Shown here piece by piece: positions 11,301 to 20,763 of a stretch of 37,986 bases of DNA (position 1 is its first letter; every line of letters begins with the position of its first letter). This DNA comes from Rhizaria sp. SCN 62-66 (lineage: Eukaryota): assembly GCA_001724265.1 (NCBI GenBank), contig MEDY01000301.1, positions 1-37,986 on the forward strand. The letters are read 5' to 3'. A program made the position numbers and the translations under genes. Under the pieces are notes generated by a model. It was not told where the DNA came from. It saw only the letters and a program-made list of their open reading frames with translations, and made no database searches.

Positions 11301-14300
11301 GCACGCTGTCCGCCGCGGTCACGTCGGAGGTCGACGCCCTTGCGGCCGCATGGATCAAGACCAACACCACGCGCCTCGCGCTCGCGGCCGCCCACGCGCG
11401 CGCCGCTGCCGTGGCCGCCGCGGGCGCCGCGGGCGCCGCCGCGCTGCTCTCGACGGCGGCCGCGTGCCCGGGCGTGTGGTCATGGTGCGCCAACGCGACC
11501 TTCGCGAGCGTCGACAGCGCCGACGAGTGGGACGTCAACGAGGCGCTGCTCGACGTCGGCGTCAAGCAGCGCCTGCCGCTGCGGTTGCCGCGCAGCCAGA
11601 GCATCGCGGTCCAGGACGGCGACACAGAGGTCGAGACGGCGCCGCAGCAGAGCAGCCAGGGCTTTGCACAGCAGTCGTCGAGCACCCTTGGCTCTAGCTC
11701 TAGCTCTAGCTCGAGCGTCGGTGCAAGTGCGCATTTCACGTCTGCTTTGCCGTCGTACGCGTTCATGCTGACGCCGCAGCGCGCTATCGGGACCGGCTTA
11801 AACTCAGCAGGCGGCTTGACTTCCGCGCCCGGCAGTCCGTCACTGGGGCCCGCGCTGTCCGGAGGGCCGGGCTTGCCCCTGCTGGTGCCATCGCTGTCGC
11901 AACCGTCTTTCAACGCCGGCAGCAACAACAGCAACAACCTCGCGGCTCTCAACGCCGCCATGAGCAGCAGCGTTGATGTGACGATGCTGCCGGACACGAT
12001 GCCCGCGCTATGGCGCATTGGCGGCTTGACTTTCAGCGCCATCTACAGTCTTGCGCTCGTGGCTGGCCTCGCCCCGCCGCCGCCGCAGCCGCGCCGGTTG
12101 CAGCAGGCGCAGTATCAGACGGGCACCGGCAGCCCCGGCCGCGCGTTCGGCCTCAACAACGCCGGCAGCGGAACGTCGGTGCTGTCGCGAAGCGCTAGTA
12201 ACTCCAGCATTGCGAGCAGCAACGCATGCTCTAGTTCTAGCTCTAGCAGCAGCATTAGTAGCAGTTCGCTCGTGTCGGCTTTCACCCGCGACGAGCTCGC
12301 CCTTGCGTCTCTGTCCGCGCCGCTCGTTGCCGCCTTTGTCTACAGCCGCCTCGGCGCCGTCTCTGCGGCCGCGCTCGCGCCCTCCGCGCCGTGGGTGGCC
12401 GCGCTGCGGACCGCGTGCGCGACGGCGGGGCTCGGCCGCAGGTTGCTGGCCGCCGCGGCAGAGGCGGGCGCGCGCGACGCGTGGCTCGGCGTGCGGCTGC
12501 AGTGGCGCAGGGCGCCCTTTATCCCCTTCAATCGCGAAGGCAGCAACAGCAATAGCGACGAGAGCGAGGACCCGGATGAGGGCTCCAGCTCAACTTTTGC
12601 GAAGAACGCGAGCGGTGCTAAGAGTGCAGTGCCGATGTCGATCGCCCCTGCGCCCTTGTCGACAGCGGCTGAGACGCGCTCTGGCGCCGGCGCCGGCGTC
12701 GGAGCCGTGCTGTCTGCAGCCGGGCTGATGGGGCCCAGCGGCTTGACTTTGGGCGACGAGGTGCTCCGTGCCGTCGAGGCCACACAGGGCATGCGCGAGA
12801 TTCGCTACAAGCAGCAGCAGTTGCAACAACAGCAAGAGCTGTTGCAGAAGCAGCAGAAGCAGCAGCCGGAGTCAGAGCGACAGCCTCCTGCAGAGGGGCG
12901 TTTGGAGGGATTTGATCTGACTGGTGCAGAAGAGACGTCGACGAATAATGCCATTAACAGCAGCAACAATAATAACAGCGCTCTAGGGATTGTGTGGCCG
13001 TCGTACACGCAGAGTCTAAGTACTCCCTTAGCCATGCTCGCCAGCGCCGGCCTGCGCCCCGACCCCGTGCTGTTGTCGTCAACCCGCAGCCTCAGCGGCC
13101 CGCTCGCGGCGACGGCAACCGCCGCCGTGGCCGCCGCCGCCGCGCTCGCGGCCTCGGTTGCCGCGGCGTCCGCCGTCGTGCTTGCCGACGCCACCGCCGA
13201 GCGCGTGTGCGCGCGCGCCGCGGCCGCGGTGAAGGCGGCGCAGGCGCAGGCGCGGGTGGCGTATGAGATGCAGCGCGCCGCGTTCGACGTGAACAACACC
13301 GCGTTTCACTCGCTCGGCAGCGGCGACGGGGACTACAACACCGCGATGGTGCTGGTGCCAGAGCACGAGCACGGCAGCCACAGCACGACCAGTGTCAGTA
13401 GCAGCGGCATTTCTCAGGGCTGGGACCCGCTTGGTGCGAACGCCCTCGTCGTCAAGCTCGACAACACACTTTCGCAGCAGCAGCAGCAGCAGCAGGAGCA
13501 GCTGTCCCGGCCGCAGTCCCAACAGTCGCAGTTTCAGCTCCAGCTTCACGCTAGCAGCAACAGCAGCAGCAGTAGCAGCGGCGGCGGCGCAGTCGTCGAC
13601 GCCAGCACCGACTCCGAGGCGCTGCAGTCGCTGCGCACCTCCGTTGCTGCGGCGGCGCGCGCGCTGAGCACCGCGCAGCGCGGTTTCGCGGCGCGCACTC
13701 TTGCGGCCGACGCTGGCGCCGCGCGTGCCGCGGCCGAGGCCCGCGCAGGGGAGCTGGTCGCGGCGCTGGGGGCGCAGGCCGAGCGCGTGCGCGCCGCCGT
13801 GCGCGCCGCGCAGGGGCAGCGCGCGCAGGCGCTTGCCGCGGTCGTCGACGGGAAATGGGGCGAAGTCGTTGCGCTCTGGGGCAAGCAGGTCATTGGTGCC
13901 GGCGCCAATGCCTCAAGTGCAGCGTCGTTATCCTCATCGTCGTCGTCGGCGTTGTCGTCGGTGGTGGTGCCGCTTACGGGCGTTGCCGCGTCGCTGAACC
14001 TTGTCTCGATGTCGACCGCGGCTGCGCCGCCGCCGCCGCCGCTGCTGCTGCGGCTGGTCTGGGCCGCCGCGGGCGCGCTGCTCGGCTGGCGCCAGACTGA
14101 CTGGGCATCCGCGCTCTCCAACATCGCCCTCTACGACCCCGCGCGCACTCGGATCAACGGCGCGAGCGATAACACGAGCTCTAGCGTGTTGTCTGGCTCG
14201 GCGTCGGTTGCGCTGATCGACACCAGCGGCAATGTCACGACTGACCGTGACGTCACCGCTGTCAGCGGCGGCGCGCGCGCTGCGTCGGGCGCGTTGCGCG

Positions 14301-15466
14301 GCTCGCTGCTCGATAAGCTCACATTCGAGCTTGAGACTGAGGCCGCCGCTGCTGCCGCTGCCGAGGCTGAGGCGGAGGCTGCGGCGGAGGCTGAGGCTGC
14401 TGTTACGGCCGAGGTTGAGGCTGAGGCTGAGGCTGAGGCGGCCACATCCGCTGCGGACGCAGCGCGCGCTGCTGGCGACGCTGCGGCCGCGGAGGCTCTC
14501 TTGCACGCCGCCGAGGCCGCCGCCGCGAAGGCTGAGGCAGCCCGCGCGCGCCGCCACAACTCTACAGAGAGACTCACACTCAGCCACAGCCAAAAACACA
14601 GCCGTGTCGGTGCGAGCGGCGCCAACGTTGGCGCAGGCGCCACGAATGGTCGCAGCAGCACTGCGTGCGCGTTTTCACGGTTCCGCACCCCTCTGGCGCG
14701 GCAACTCGCAGCGCTGGATCCTACCACGGTCACTGTCTCCGGCCTAGCCGCTGCGGAGACGCTGCTACGGGAGCCATCGCTGAGTCTGCCGGCCGTGGCT
14801 GCGCTGAGCGAGGCCTCCGCCGCGGTGCTGGCGTGGGCCGTGTCGACGGTCGGCGCAGCGCAGGAGTGGGCGCGCGCGCACGAGCGCTTGCTGCGGGCCG
14901 CGCGCGCGACTGTGGCCGCCGAGCTCGCGCCGTTTGTCGAGGACGCCAACGCCGCGGTCGAGGCGGCCCAGGAGGCCGCGGCGGAGGCGAAGGCCGCCGC
15001 TGCTGAAGCTGCCGCCGCCGCCGCCGCTACCGCCGCTGCGACTGGTGGGAGCGCCAACGCTGGAGCAGTGCCTGCGCTGCTGCCGCCGCTGCGGCCCGCG
15101 TCTGCGTCTGCGGCGGCGAACGCCGGCAGCGTCAGCGGTTTCAGCGGCGTCGGTGGCGGTGCGAAGCCCTTCCAGCGCTTTGTGTCGCTATCTAACAACG
15201 CTAACGTTCCCGCAAGCACGAACGCTAGCCCTGCTTCATTTAGCCAACCGACAGTAGGAAATGATGGCGATTTTGCAGCTACAAACCAGGCGTATGCGAA
15301 CGCTGGCGGTAAGCGGACGCTGGCGCCTATCACCACGACGACGGCAACTGTTGCACCGAATACCATGGGCACTGTGACTCTCGGCGGCGAGCAGGTGAGT
15401 CGTGTCGACTTCTTTGCGGCTGCGGAGGCGAAGTTTAAGGCCCGCTCTAAAAAGCTTCTTGGCTAA
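8324..15466 (+). CDS. Giant low-complexity protein (~2380 aa) with coiled coils and a C-terminal dynein stalk/microtubule-binding-domain-like region
   Basis: 7.1-kb stop-free frame. First ATG is in a GCCATGG context at 8324, and TAA is followed at once by AT-rich DNA. Segment 13820-14890 resembles dynein MTBD helices (see findings). The CDS is firm; the domain call is less so. Confidence 0.85.
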   Translation: MVPMDASRPSFHTNLHSQRVRAQRAAAPAASATINPTVTLTANQAARALPLLTLAPAPTEPAPAAFRAPSLRDQHLARRARAQQAAAEATSPRSAAARAAAAAAAAAAAANEAALAALRTRTLGAEERALLARADAGFAREEAERARLQREKEQAEAEAALAQAMCARSPPPAIPSGGSNSSNSNGAGPLSASSFQPQQGPAVPALAAVSALNTASASSSSSFRSRVSSGIERGAQQQQEDAEAEAEAEAEALKHRAQTQARAKAALAAATAAGGGGPTFFTMQEDEDEDERGNEHELQQQQQQQQQQGQREQEQSDLASESVAGTQGQGGMSATGFSAHSHYSNATGQGAGANEQSKGGDAGLSGADLAARSHPAVSIDCGDPWLWLQQQQQQQQQQQQPSSSTSAVNLANSAGSAPYAIILPTASSVSALNSTATVTTNGLAGAGTAVVVGVSTATLPTALSVASRVAVSGTVVPLSQSHLHSQFQSHAQSPSNARFAHAQSSGSSGRSDAETEAEAFAFAQTAAAPPMPVSAAAVVACRSFLTGGLTSGRAGLSAAQMPTYTFNGVPTTAAFAATHAALSSAAAAAAAALRRRGGTSALSVLTVSERAALSPPVILPLLQPPATAAAAANTTAAQRPASAAVKASYSASGPGSSVVSALLLALSPWRVSVAAVPGVRAANEDTASARARVGGAVARHGAALLALSSSGDAGSAQLAGASASKAETAAAAAAVAGAGARWLRQARVTVATVAAAEDAKLTAAVALLREKAAKAAAAAVTAAAAATATATAAADIEQGDRVAVAMMRRLLQMEDKAAPFRVPINTGVAASVGSSGAGTSAGVSSGSGSGSGSGVCVDAGLSEGGGGGGGGGGDGDDDDDNVSGHSARAKASGKDFSGLSSNAASACAEGETAAAVAAAAVSASLTSITAVSDMTTEAFDLWLSQNTSNNCNVAATAAAAAVVSASVDDVDDDVNAHASGKHSSATPIALLTRTLSAAVTSEVDALAAAWIKTNTTRLALAAAHARAAAVAAAGAAGAAALLSTAAACPGVWSWCANATFASVDSADEWDVNEALLDVGVKQRLPLRLPRSQSIAVQDGDTEVETAPQQSSQGFAQQSSSTLGSSSSSSSSVGASAHFTSALPSYAFMLTPQRAIGTGLNSAGGLTSAPGSPSLGPALSGGPGLPLLVPSLSQPSFNAGSNNSNNLAALNAAMSSSVDVTMLPDTMPALWRIGGLTFSAIYSLALVAGLAPPPPQPRRLQQAQYQTGTGSPGRAFGLNNAGSGTSVLSRSASNSSIASSNACSSSSSSSSISSSSLVSAFTRDELALASLSAPLVAAFVYSRLGAVSAAALAPSAPWVAALRTACATAGLGRRLLAAAAEAGARDAWLGVRLQWRRAPFIPFNREGSNSNSDESEDPDEGSSSTFAKNASGAKSAVPMSIAPAPLSTAAETRSGAGAGVGAVLSAAGLMGPSGLTLGDEVLRAVEATQGMREIRYKQQQLQQQQELLQKQQKQQPESERQPPAEGRLEGFDLTGAEETSTNNAINSSNNNNSALGIVWPSYTQSLSTPLAMLASAGLRPDPVLLSSTRSLSGPLAATATAAVAAAAALAASVAAASAVVLADATAERVCARAAAAVKAAQAQARVAYEMQRAAFDVNNTAFHSLGSGDGDYNTAMVLVPEHEHGSHSTTSVSSSGISQGWDPLGANALVVKLDNTLSQQQQQQQEQLSRPQSQQSQFQLQLHASSNSSSSSSGGGAVVDASTDSEALQSLRTSVAAAARALSTAQRGFAARTLAADAGAARAAAEARAGELVAALGAQAERVRAAVRAAQGQRAQALAAVVDGKWGEVVALWGKQVIGAGANASSAASLSSSSSSALSSVVVPLTGVAASLNLVSMSTAAAPPPPPLLLRLVWAAAGALLGWRQTDWASALSNIALYDPARTRINGASDNTSSSVLSGSASVALIDTSGNVTTDRDVTAVSGGARAASGALRGSLLDKLTFELETEAAAAAAAEAEAEAAAEAEAAVTAEVEAEAEAEAATSAADAARAAGDAAAAEALLHAAEAAAAKAEAARARRHNSTERLTLSHSQKHSRVGASGANVGAGATNGRSSTACAFSRFRTPLARQLAALDPTTVTVSGLAAAETLLREPSLSLPAVAALSEASAAVLAWAVSTVGAAQEWARAHERLLRAARATVAAELAPFVEDANAAVEAAQEAAAEAKAAAAEAAAAAAATAAATGGSANAGAVPALLPPLRPASASAAANAGSVSGFSGVGGGAKPFQRFVSLSNNANVPASTNASPASFSQPTVGNDGDFAATNQAYANAGGKRTLAPITTTTATVAPNTMGTVTLGGEQVSRVDFFAAAEAKFKARSKKLLG

Positions 15467-15610
15467 ACAACTAGTTCTTGGCGTTGCTGATGTGCAATTA
15501 AGAATGTATTCTTGTTCTATATAACTTATAAATACTATTTAGCAATTTTAATTAAATAACAATACATCCGTTATTATTCACAACAAAGAGTATTCGACGT
15601 TACTCGTCGT
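15467..15610. terminator. 144-nt AT-rich spacer between convergent stop codons (shared 3'-end formation region)
   Basis: Abrupt drop in GC between the TAA ending at 15466 (+) and the TAA at 15611-15613 (-). Exact poly(A) sites are not identifiable. Confidence 0.5.
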
Positions 15611-17422
15611 TTACTGTGCACGGCGCTGCTTATCCTTCGCATCAGCAATCCACCTGGTTTGCAGTGCAATTTCCCGATCAAATGCCCGAGCCTTTTCCAT
15701 GCCACCTCCAGTGCGTGCCGCATCTGCTGCCAACGTAAACGACTCAACACTGACTTCCCGCCACTTCAACTCGCACTGCAGCAGCTCAGTCTCCGTTTGC
15801 GATCTCGCCTTAACAGCACCGAAGTCAAGTCGCCAGCTCGCCACATCATCCCAGAGCCCATCCCACTGACCGCCGCACTCCAGTAACTGTGGTTGTGAGA
15901 GTTTTCTCCACGTGAGAGCGCACACGGCGGCCGCGTGCGCCGCGAAGGCCCCCCGGAGTCCGTGCACGTCCACCGTGAGCCACTCGCCCTTGGGCGGCGC
16001 GGGGAGCGCGGTCAGCAGCGCCAGCCCCCGCAGCAGCAGCGCCGCGGCGGGGGCGCCGAGGCGGGCCACGGCGAGCGCCAGGGACGGGTAGAACACGCGG
16101 CCAGGGGCAACCGTAGGGACCGCATCAGTTCCTTGCGCTGTGAACGTGAAGGGCCAAACGGCGTAGCATGAGTCTTGCGAAGACTCAGTCGGGCTAGGAG
16201 AGTCTTCTTCGACCGAGACGCTGTTGTCGCTCTCACCAGCTGTCCCAGCAAGCGTGTCTGCCTCTGCGAGCGTCAGCCGCGCCCGCACTAGTGAGCTATC
16301 GTGGGCGATTCCAAGAGCGTCGCCCGTGCCTAAGCTGTCCACGACGAGATTATACAGAAATGCAGTTTTATCACCGACTTTGCAGGACTTAGGCGAAGTG
16401 AAGAGCGATGAAGAGGTGAAAAGCGAGTCGACAGCATCCAGAATGAGATAGTGCCCGGCGTGCAGGGCACTATCTAACTCATCCACAGGAGCATTTCCGT
16501 CGTTGCAAGAGTTGACGCCGCCTGACAGTGCCGCGTCGGCCATGGCTGCCGCGATGAGCTCGCTGAGGCCAGCGTCGGCATTTGCAGCGGCTGCTAACTT
16601 ATCAGCGGTAGCATCTCCTGACTTTGTAAGCGGATAAGGAATAGGCATGGCTGCGTAAGGGTGGTACTCAAGCCCTCCGATGCTTACACTATGCTTGGTC
16701 ACAGCATTTGCTTGCTTTCTCTTGAGAGAGAACCAGTCAGGGCTCAGACTCGACGCTGCGCTTCCTGACTGAGTGCCGTCGTCTAAGTGCTTCCTGGCGA
16801 GGTACTTAGTCAGCGCGGCGACCCTTACCCGAGGCGCCAACAGCTCCCAGAGCGCCTCGGTGTGGGCCTTGGCCGCAATCTCAGGGGGGGACAACAGCTG
16901 ACTGCGAGCAATCTGCTGCTTCTGTGGCTCCTGCTTGTGATGTTGCGAAGGCACAAGGACAACTCCGAGGCCAGGCAAAGAGACTGAGCCTCGGGGCAGT
17001 GATGACAGCAACAGCGACTGCGACTGTGCACTGGATGGGAAAAACGGCTGTTTGAACACCTTGTAGCAGCGCCAGTCGTGGGTGAGCGCGAGCCTCGTCG
17101 GCCCCAGCGCCGCTGCCAGCGCGGAGTAGGGCGGCGTCGCCACCAGCGCCGCGGCGGCGGCCGGGGACAGCGGCGCCGAGTCAACGCCACTGTCGCTGTT
17201 GCCGTTGCAGTTGCTGTTCTAGGAGGGCGCCATCGGGGCAATAAGGCCGCAGTCCGATAGGTTCGCGTTTTCAGCGACACAGACTGGGCAGATATGCATA
17301 CGCACTAAGTCAGGCGCGCAGCAGCGGGCGCAGCGGCAGCGAAAGCCGTAGGTTTCGCAGAGACGGATCTGGCGCTCGGACCAGGGCGAGAACGTCACGC
17401 CCTTGTAGCGAATACTCACGTC
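15611..17422 (-). CDS. SMYD-like SET protein, exon 2: SET C-terminus and post-SET, in-frame TAG at 17219-17221, then a further 535 codons to TAA
   Basis: DVSIRY...ERQIRL..TYGFRCRCARC is the SET C-terminus plus post-SET. The track ORFs 17219..17419 and 15611..17143 share one frame, separated only by a TAG. The downstream part has WRC and LHAGHYLIL, reminiscent of SMYD C-terminal regions. Confidence 0.7.
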
Positions 17423-17537
17423 CTAAGAGGAGAAACAAAATTGAAAACAAAACATCGAAGGAATAATGAGAAAAAACAACATTTTAGGGAGACGCGGCTT
17501 TCATAATTGCTGATTCAAGTCAAATCGTAGAGCGTAC
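17423..17537 (-). other. Spliceosomal intron, 115 nt, phase 0
   Basis: Minus-strand donor CAG|GTACGC at 17537 and acceptor ttttgtttctcctcttAG|GAC at 17423. The interior is AT-rich. Splicing restores the SET motif AIKEGQ-DVSIRY. Confidence 0.9.
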
Positions 17538-19760
17538 CTGTCCTTCTTTGATCGCGCTGGCCGCCATGACGGCCACTGTAGCCAGTGGGCAGAGGCGCTC
17601 GACAACGCGGCCCAGCGCCACATCCGACCACAATCGCACATTCTGTGCACTGTGCGCGCTGGGAGTGACCGTGGGCACCGTGCGAGTGACCGTGGGCAGG
17701 GTGACTGTGCGCGCGTCGCAGACGGGGGCGCACGAGTGCTCCAGCATCGCGATGCGCGGCATGACGGCGTCGCCGGGCAACGGCAGCAGCCGCCACTGCG
17801 CCTCTTCATTGCCGTCGGTGCCACTGCCACTGCCACTGCCATTGCCACCGCTGTCAGCGTGCTGTTGCAGCTGTTGCTGTGAGGGCGGTGCGATGCGGAG
17901 GCGCAGAGTGTATCCCTGACTGCGCATGTACCGAATTGCTCGCTCACAGTCGCTTGCAAGCTCGGTGCCACGATGGCCCTCCGCATCACTGTCAGATCCA
18001 GAGTCGTTATCTTCGTCCTCATCATCGTCTTCACAGCCGTCATCGCTGTCACGCACACGCGAGCTGTTGCTTGGATCGTTCTTGAGAGCGTTCTTGAGAG
18101 CGTCAGAGATAAAAGGGAATTCCGACGCCACCGTGGACAGGCCCAGCGGCACCGTGTGCCATTGCAACCCTTGCTCACGGTCACTCAACCGCTGCTCACG
18201 GTCACTCAGCCGCTGCTCGCGCTCGCTGAAAGGCGCCCACGCGGCCTGGTAGGGCGCCAGCAGCGCGGTGGCGAGGGGCGCGCTGAGCGTGTTGGTATCG
18301 GCCACGGTGCAGAGCACGGCCAGCGCAGCCGCCAGCGTGACCGGCGCCGACGCCAGCGCAGGTGCTGGGAGGGCGCCGCCAGGCCCACACGTCGGCTGGG
18401 CGGTCGCCGCCAGCGCGGCTGCGAGCGCTTCCGCGGCCCCCGCGGCCGCAGCCGCGGCCGCGGTCGCGGGCAGCGCGCCGACGGCGGTGCGCGCCACCGA
18501 GACGTAGGCGCGGCGCGCGCGCGCGGACTGGGGCGATGGGTCCGCGGCCAGTCGCAGCGCGCTCCACGGGCTCGGCAGCCGCACGGGCTTCACAGCAATC
18601 GCGGTCGCAGTCGTTGTTGTTGTTGTTGTTGTTGTCGCAGACCCAGTCGCTGCCGCAGTTGCCGATGTGTTTGTGACCGCGTCTGTGCATGGACTAGTGG
18701 CATTGGGGGCGCTCGCACAGACTCTATCCGAGTAAGTGGGTTGCGGGTACGGGGGCAGCGTGTAAGGGTGCGGCTTAACAAACATATCCTCGGGACTCGT
18801 GCTCGTGGGGTCGTATTCCGCGCAACTCCAGTCACGCCGCAGCTGCTCTAACGCGCTCGCGCTCACAGTATTGCAACTGGCACCAGTCTCAGGCTCGCCA
18901 GCCGTGCTTTGCGACTTGCTACCCGGCTTGTTGTGGTCCGTCTTGTTGCTCTCCGGCTTGTTGTCAGGCTTGTTGTTGTCAGGCTTGTTGTGCGTCACGA
19001 ACGCGTGCACGTTGGCCGCAAGCAGCGCGCCGCCCATCATGTGCGCGTAACCCGGGTCCACGAGCAGCAGCGCCGCCTGCCGCAGCGCCGCCGCGGCCGC
19101 AGGCAGCACCGGTAGCAGCAGCGGCAGCACGGGCAGACAGGGAGCCAGCGCCCAGAGGGGCGAGACGGCGGCCGAGGGGCGGTACTGAGCGCGCTGCGAC
19201 GCCGACAGCGGCTGCACCGCCGCGCCGCCGCCCACGGTCACCCGGCCGCACTGCTGAGGCTGATACTGCTGCTGGGACTGAGTGTCGTCACAGGGCGCCA
19301 TGAGAGTTGCGGTGAGATAGCGGTGCATGGGGATGTCGACGACGTGGACGCGGCGGCACTGCGGGTGAGGACATAGGAAGCTCAGCAACAGGAAGTTCTG
19401 CGCAAAGGGCGGCTCGCTGCCCAGCGGCGCGTCAGCGCGACGACTGTTACGGCTCTGAGGCGGCCCTTGCTGCTGCTGCTGGCCTTGTTTTGAGGACGTG
19501 GAGGAAGCGGTAGCAGTGGTGCTGGCGTTGTCCAGAGCGGGCGATTTGAGCATGTAGTCGTATTCAGCAAGCTCTGCCGCGGGGATCTCAGCGGCGCAAA
19601 AAAGCGTGTAGAGCTGCGCGAGGTCGGGGGGCATGTCGAGTGGCAGCACCGAGGCGGCGAGCGGCCAGTCGGCGATGACAAGCTCGCCGGGCGCGAGCGC
19701 CGCGGTCGCCACGCCGAAGCGCCCCTTGAGCGCGCTCGAGTGTAGCGCAACGGGCGGCAT
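17538..19760 (-). CDS. SMYD-like SET-domain lysine methyltransferase, exon 1 (741 aa)
   Basis: N-terminal SET half KGRFGVATAALAPGELVIADWP. C-terminal half MPRIAMLEHSCAP...VMAASAIKEGQ. A long insert lies between them, as in split-SET (SMYD-type) proteins. First ATG 19760. Confidence 0.85.
18172..18228 (-). repeat. 21-bp coding tandem repeat, about 2.7 copies (SEREQRL/SDREQRL/SDREQ)
   Basis: tgctcacggtcactcaaccgc / tgctcacggtcactcagccgc / tgctcgcgctcgctg on the + strand. Confidence 0.85.
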
Positions 19761-20763
19761 CACCGGTGTGGGGCAAGCGCGGGCGCGCGGAAGCGGGGCG
19801 GCGGCGAGAGAGCTGAGGACGAGCGCGCAGGGCGATGCAAAGGGGGCGCTGAGGATAAGGCCAGTGATAAGGCGCTGAGAAGGCAGAAACGTAGTGCGTG
19901 TGAGCTAAAACTTCCGTTAAATAACACAGGGTTCGAATATAATATACAAAAATCTTTTAATTACTATTAGTCTTAACCACAGGTGCATGATAGCTACAGA
20001 CTCTGAGATACCCATAAACAATATGACCGCTCCAGTCTGACGCTGGCCTAGGCCCACCGTCCACGGAGTCGCACACCGCGCGTCGTGGAGCTCACTTGTA
20101 GCGGCTATAGAGCGCGTTTGCGTCCGACGAGTCGTTATTGTCCTAGCGGTTAATATTCACCACGTACTTTTCCACATGCTCACAAAACAAATTTTGAGTT
20201 TATGAACACCGGCTGCGTTGTCGCCAGCTTCTTATTGGTCGCTGTGCATTGTTGCTCGCTCGGATATGATAACCCTTGTCTATTCCTCATTTTCCTCTGC
20301 TGCCTCTCGTCTTGTTACGGTAGCGCACGCATAGAACATAATTTTCAAGCATATCTAGCGTATTCTTGCATAATATTCTTGCTCAGTGCTCACTTGCCTT
20401 TCCCCGACGCTCGCCCCACCGCCTCCTCCGCCCCCCTTTCTGCCCGGCCCTCGTTGCAGTCTTTCGCAGAGACTCGACCACCCGACTCTCTTGCCCAGCA
20501 CTTTTTCAGCGCGCTGCGCCTAACACACGCGTCTTTGGAAAACCTTTCCGTCCTTCAAAAGGCGTTATCGCGCTTTTCCTTCGCGCACCCGGCGCTTTCT
20601 CCCTCCCTCTACTCGACCTGGGCGTCGCTAGTTCTTTCCTGTCCTTTTCGCGCCGCAGCTTTGCCGCGCCGTCCCGGTCCCCCGCGTTCCCCCGCCGCCC
20701 GCCCGCCCGCCCGCGCCCCGCGCCCGCCCGCGCGCGCCGAGCCCCGCCGCCCCGCCGCGCGCC
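19761..20763. promoter_or_regulatory. Divergent intergenic region between the SET and PDE genes
   Basis: Head-to-head starts, an AT-rich core near 19910-19990, and pyrimidine-rich leaders on each gene's sense strand. Confidence 0.5.

Noticed and set aside
15392-15400. Perfect donor-like CAG|GTGAGT near the end of the 2380-aa gene
   Set aside because: The frame continues with normal codons to TAA 15466, and the convergent gene leaves little room for another exon.
15401-15412. RVxF-like motifs (RVDF here; RVAF at about 27658 in the PDE) suggesting a PP1-linked functional cluster
   Set aside because: A four-residue degenerate motif is expected by chance in thousands of residues, and gene adjacency in eukaryotes is weak evidence.
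15611-17143. 510-aa ORF as an independent gene
   Set aside because: It starts at GTG inside continuous coding-style DNA, has no promoter gap, and is in frame with SET exon 2. It is better explained as that gene's C-terminus.
17219-17221. Pyrrolysine or selenocysteine recoding at the in-frame stop
   Set aside because: Sec uses TGA, Pyl is not known in eukaryotic nuclear genes, and the site is in a non-catalytic linker.
17520-17537. VRSTI-stop as the end of the 747-aa SET ORF
   Set aside because: This is intron sequence after the CAG|GTACGC donor. Splicing restores the SET motif.
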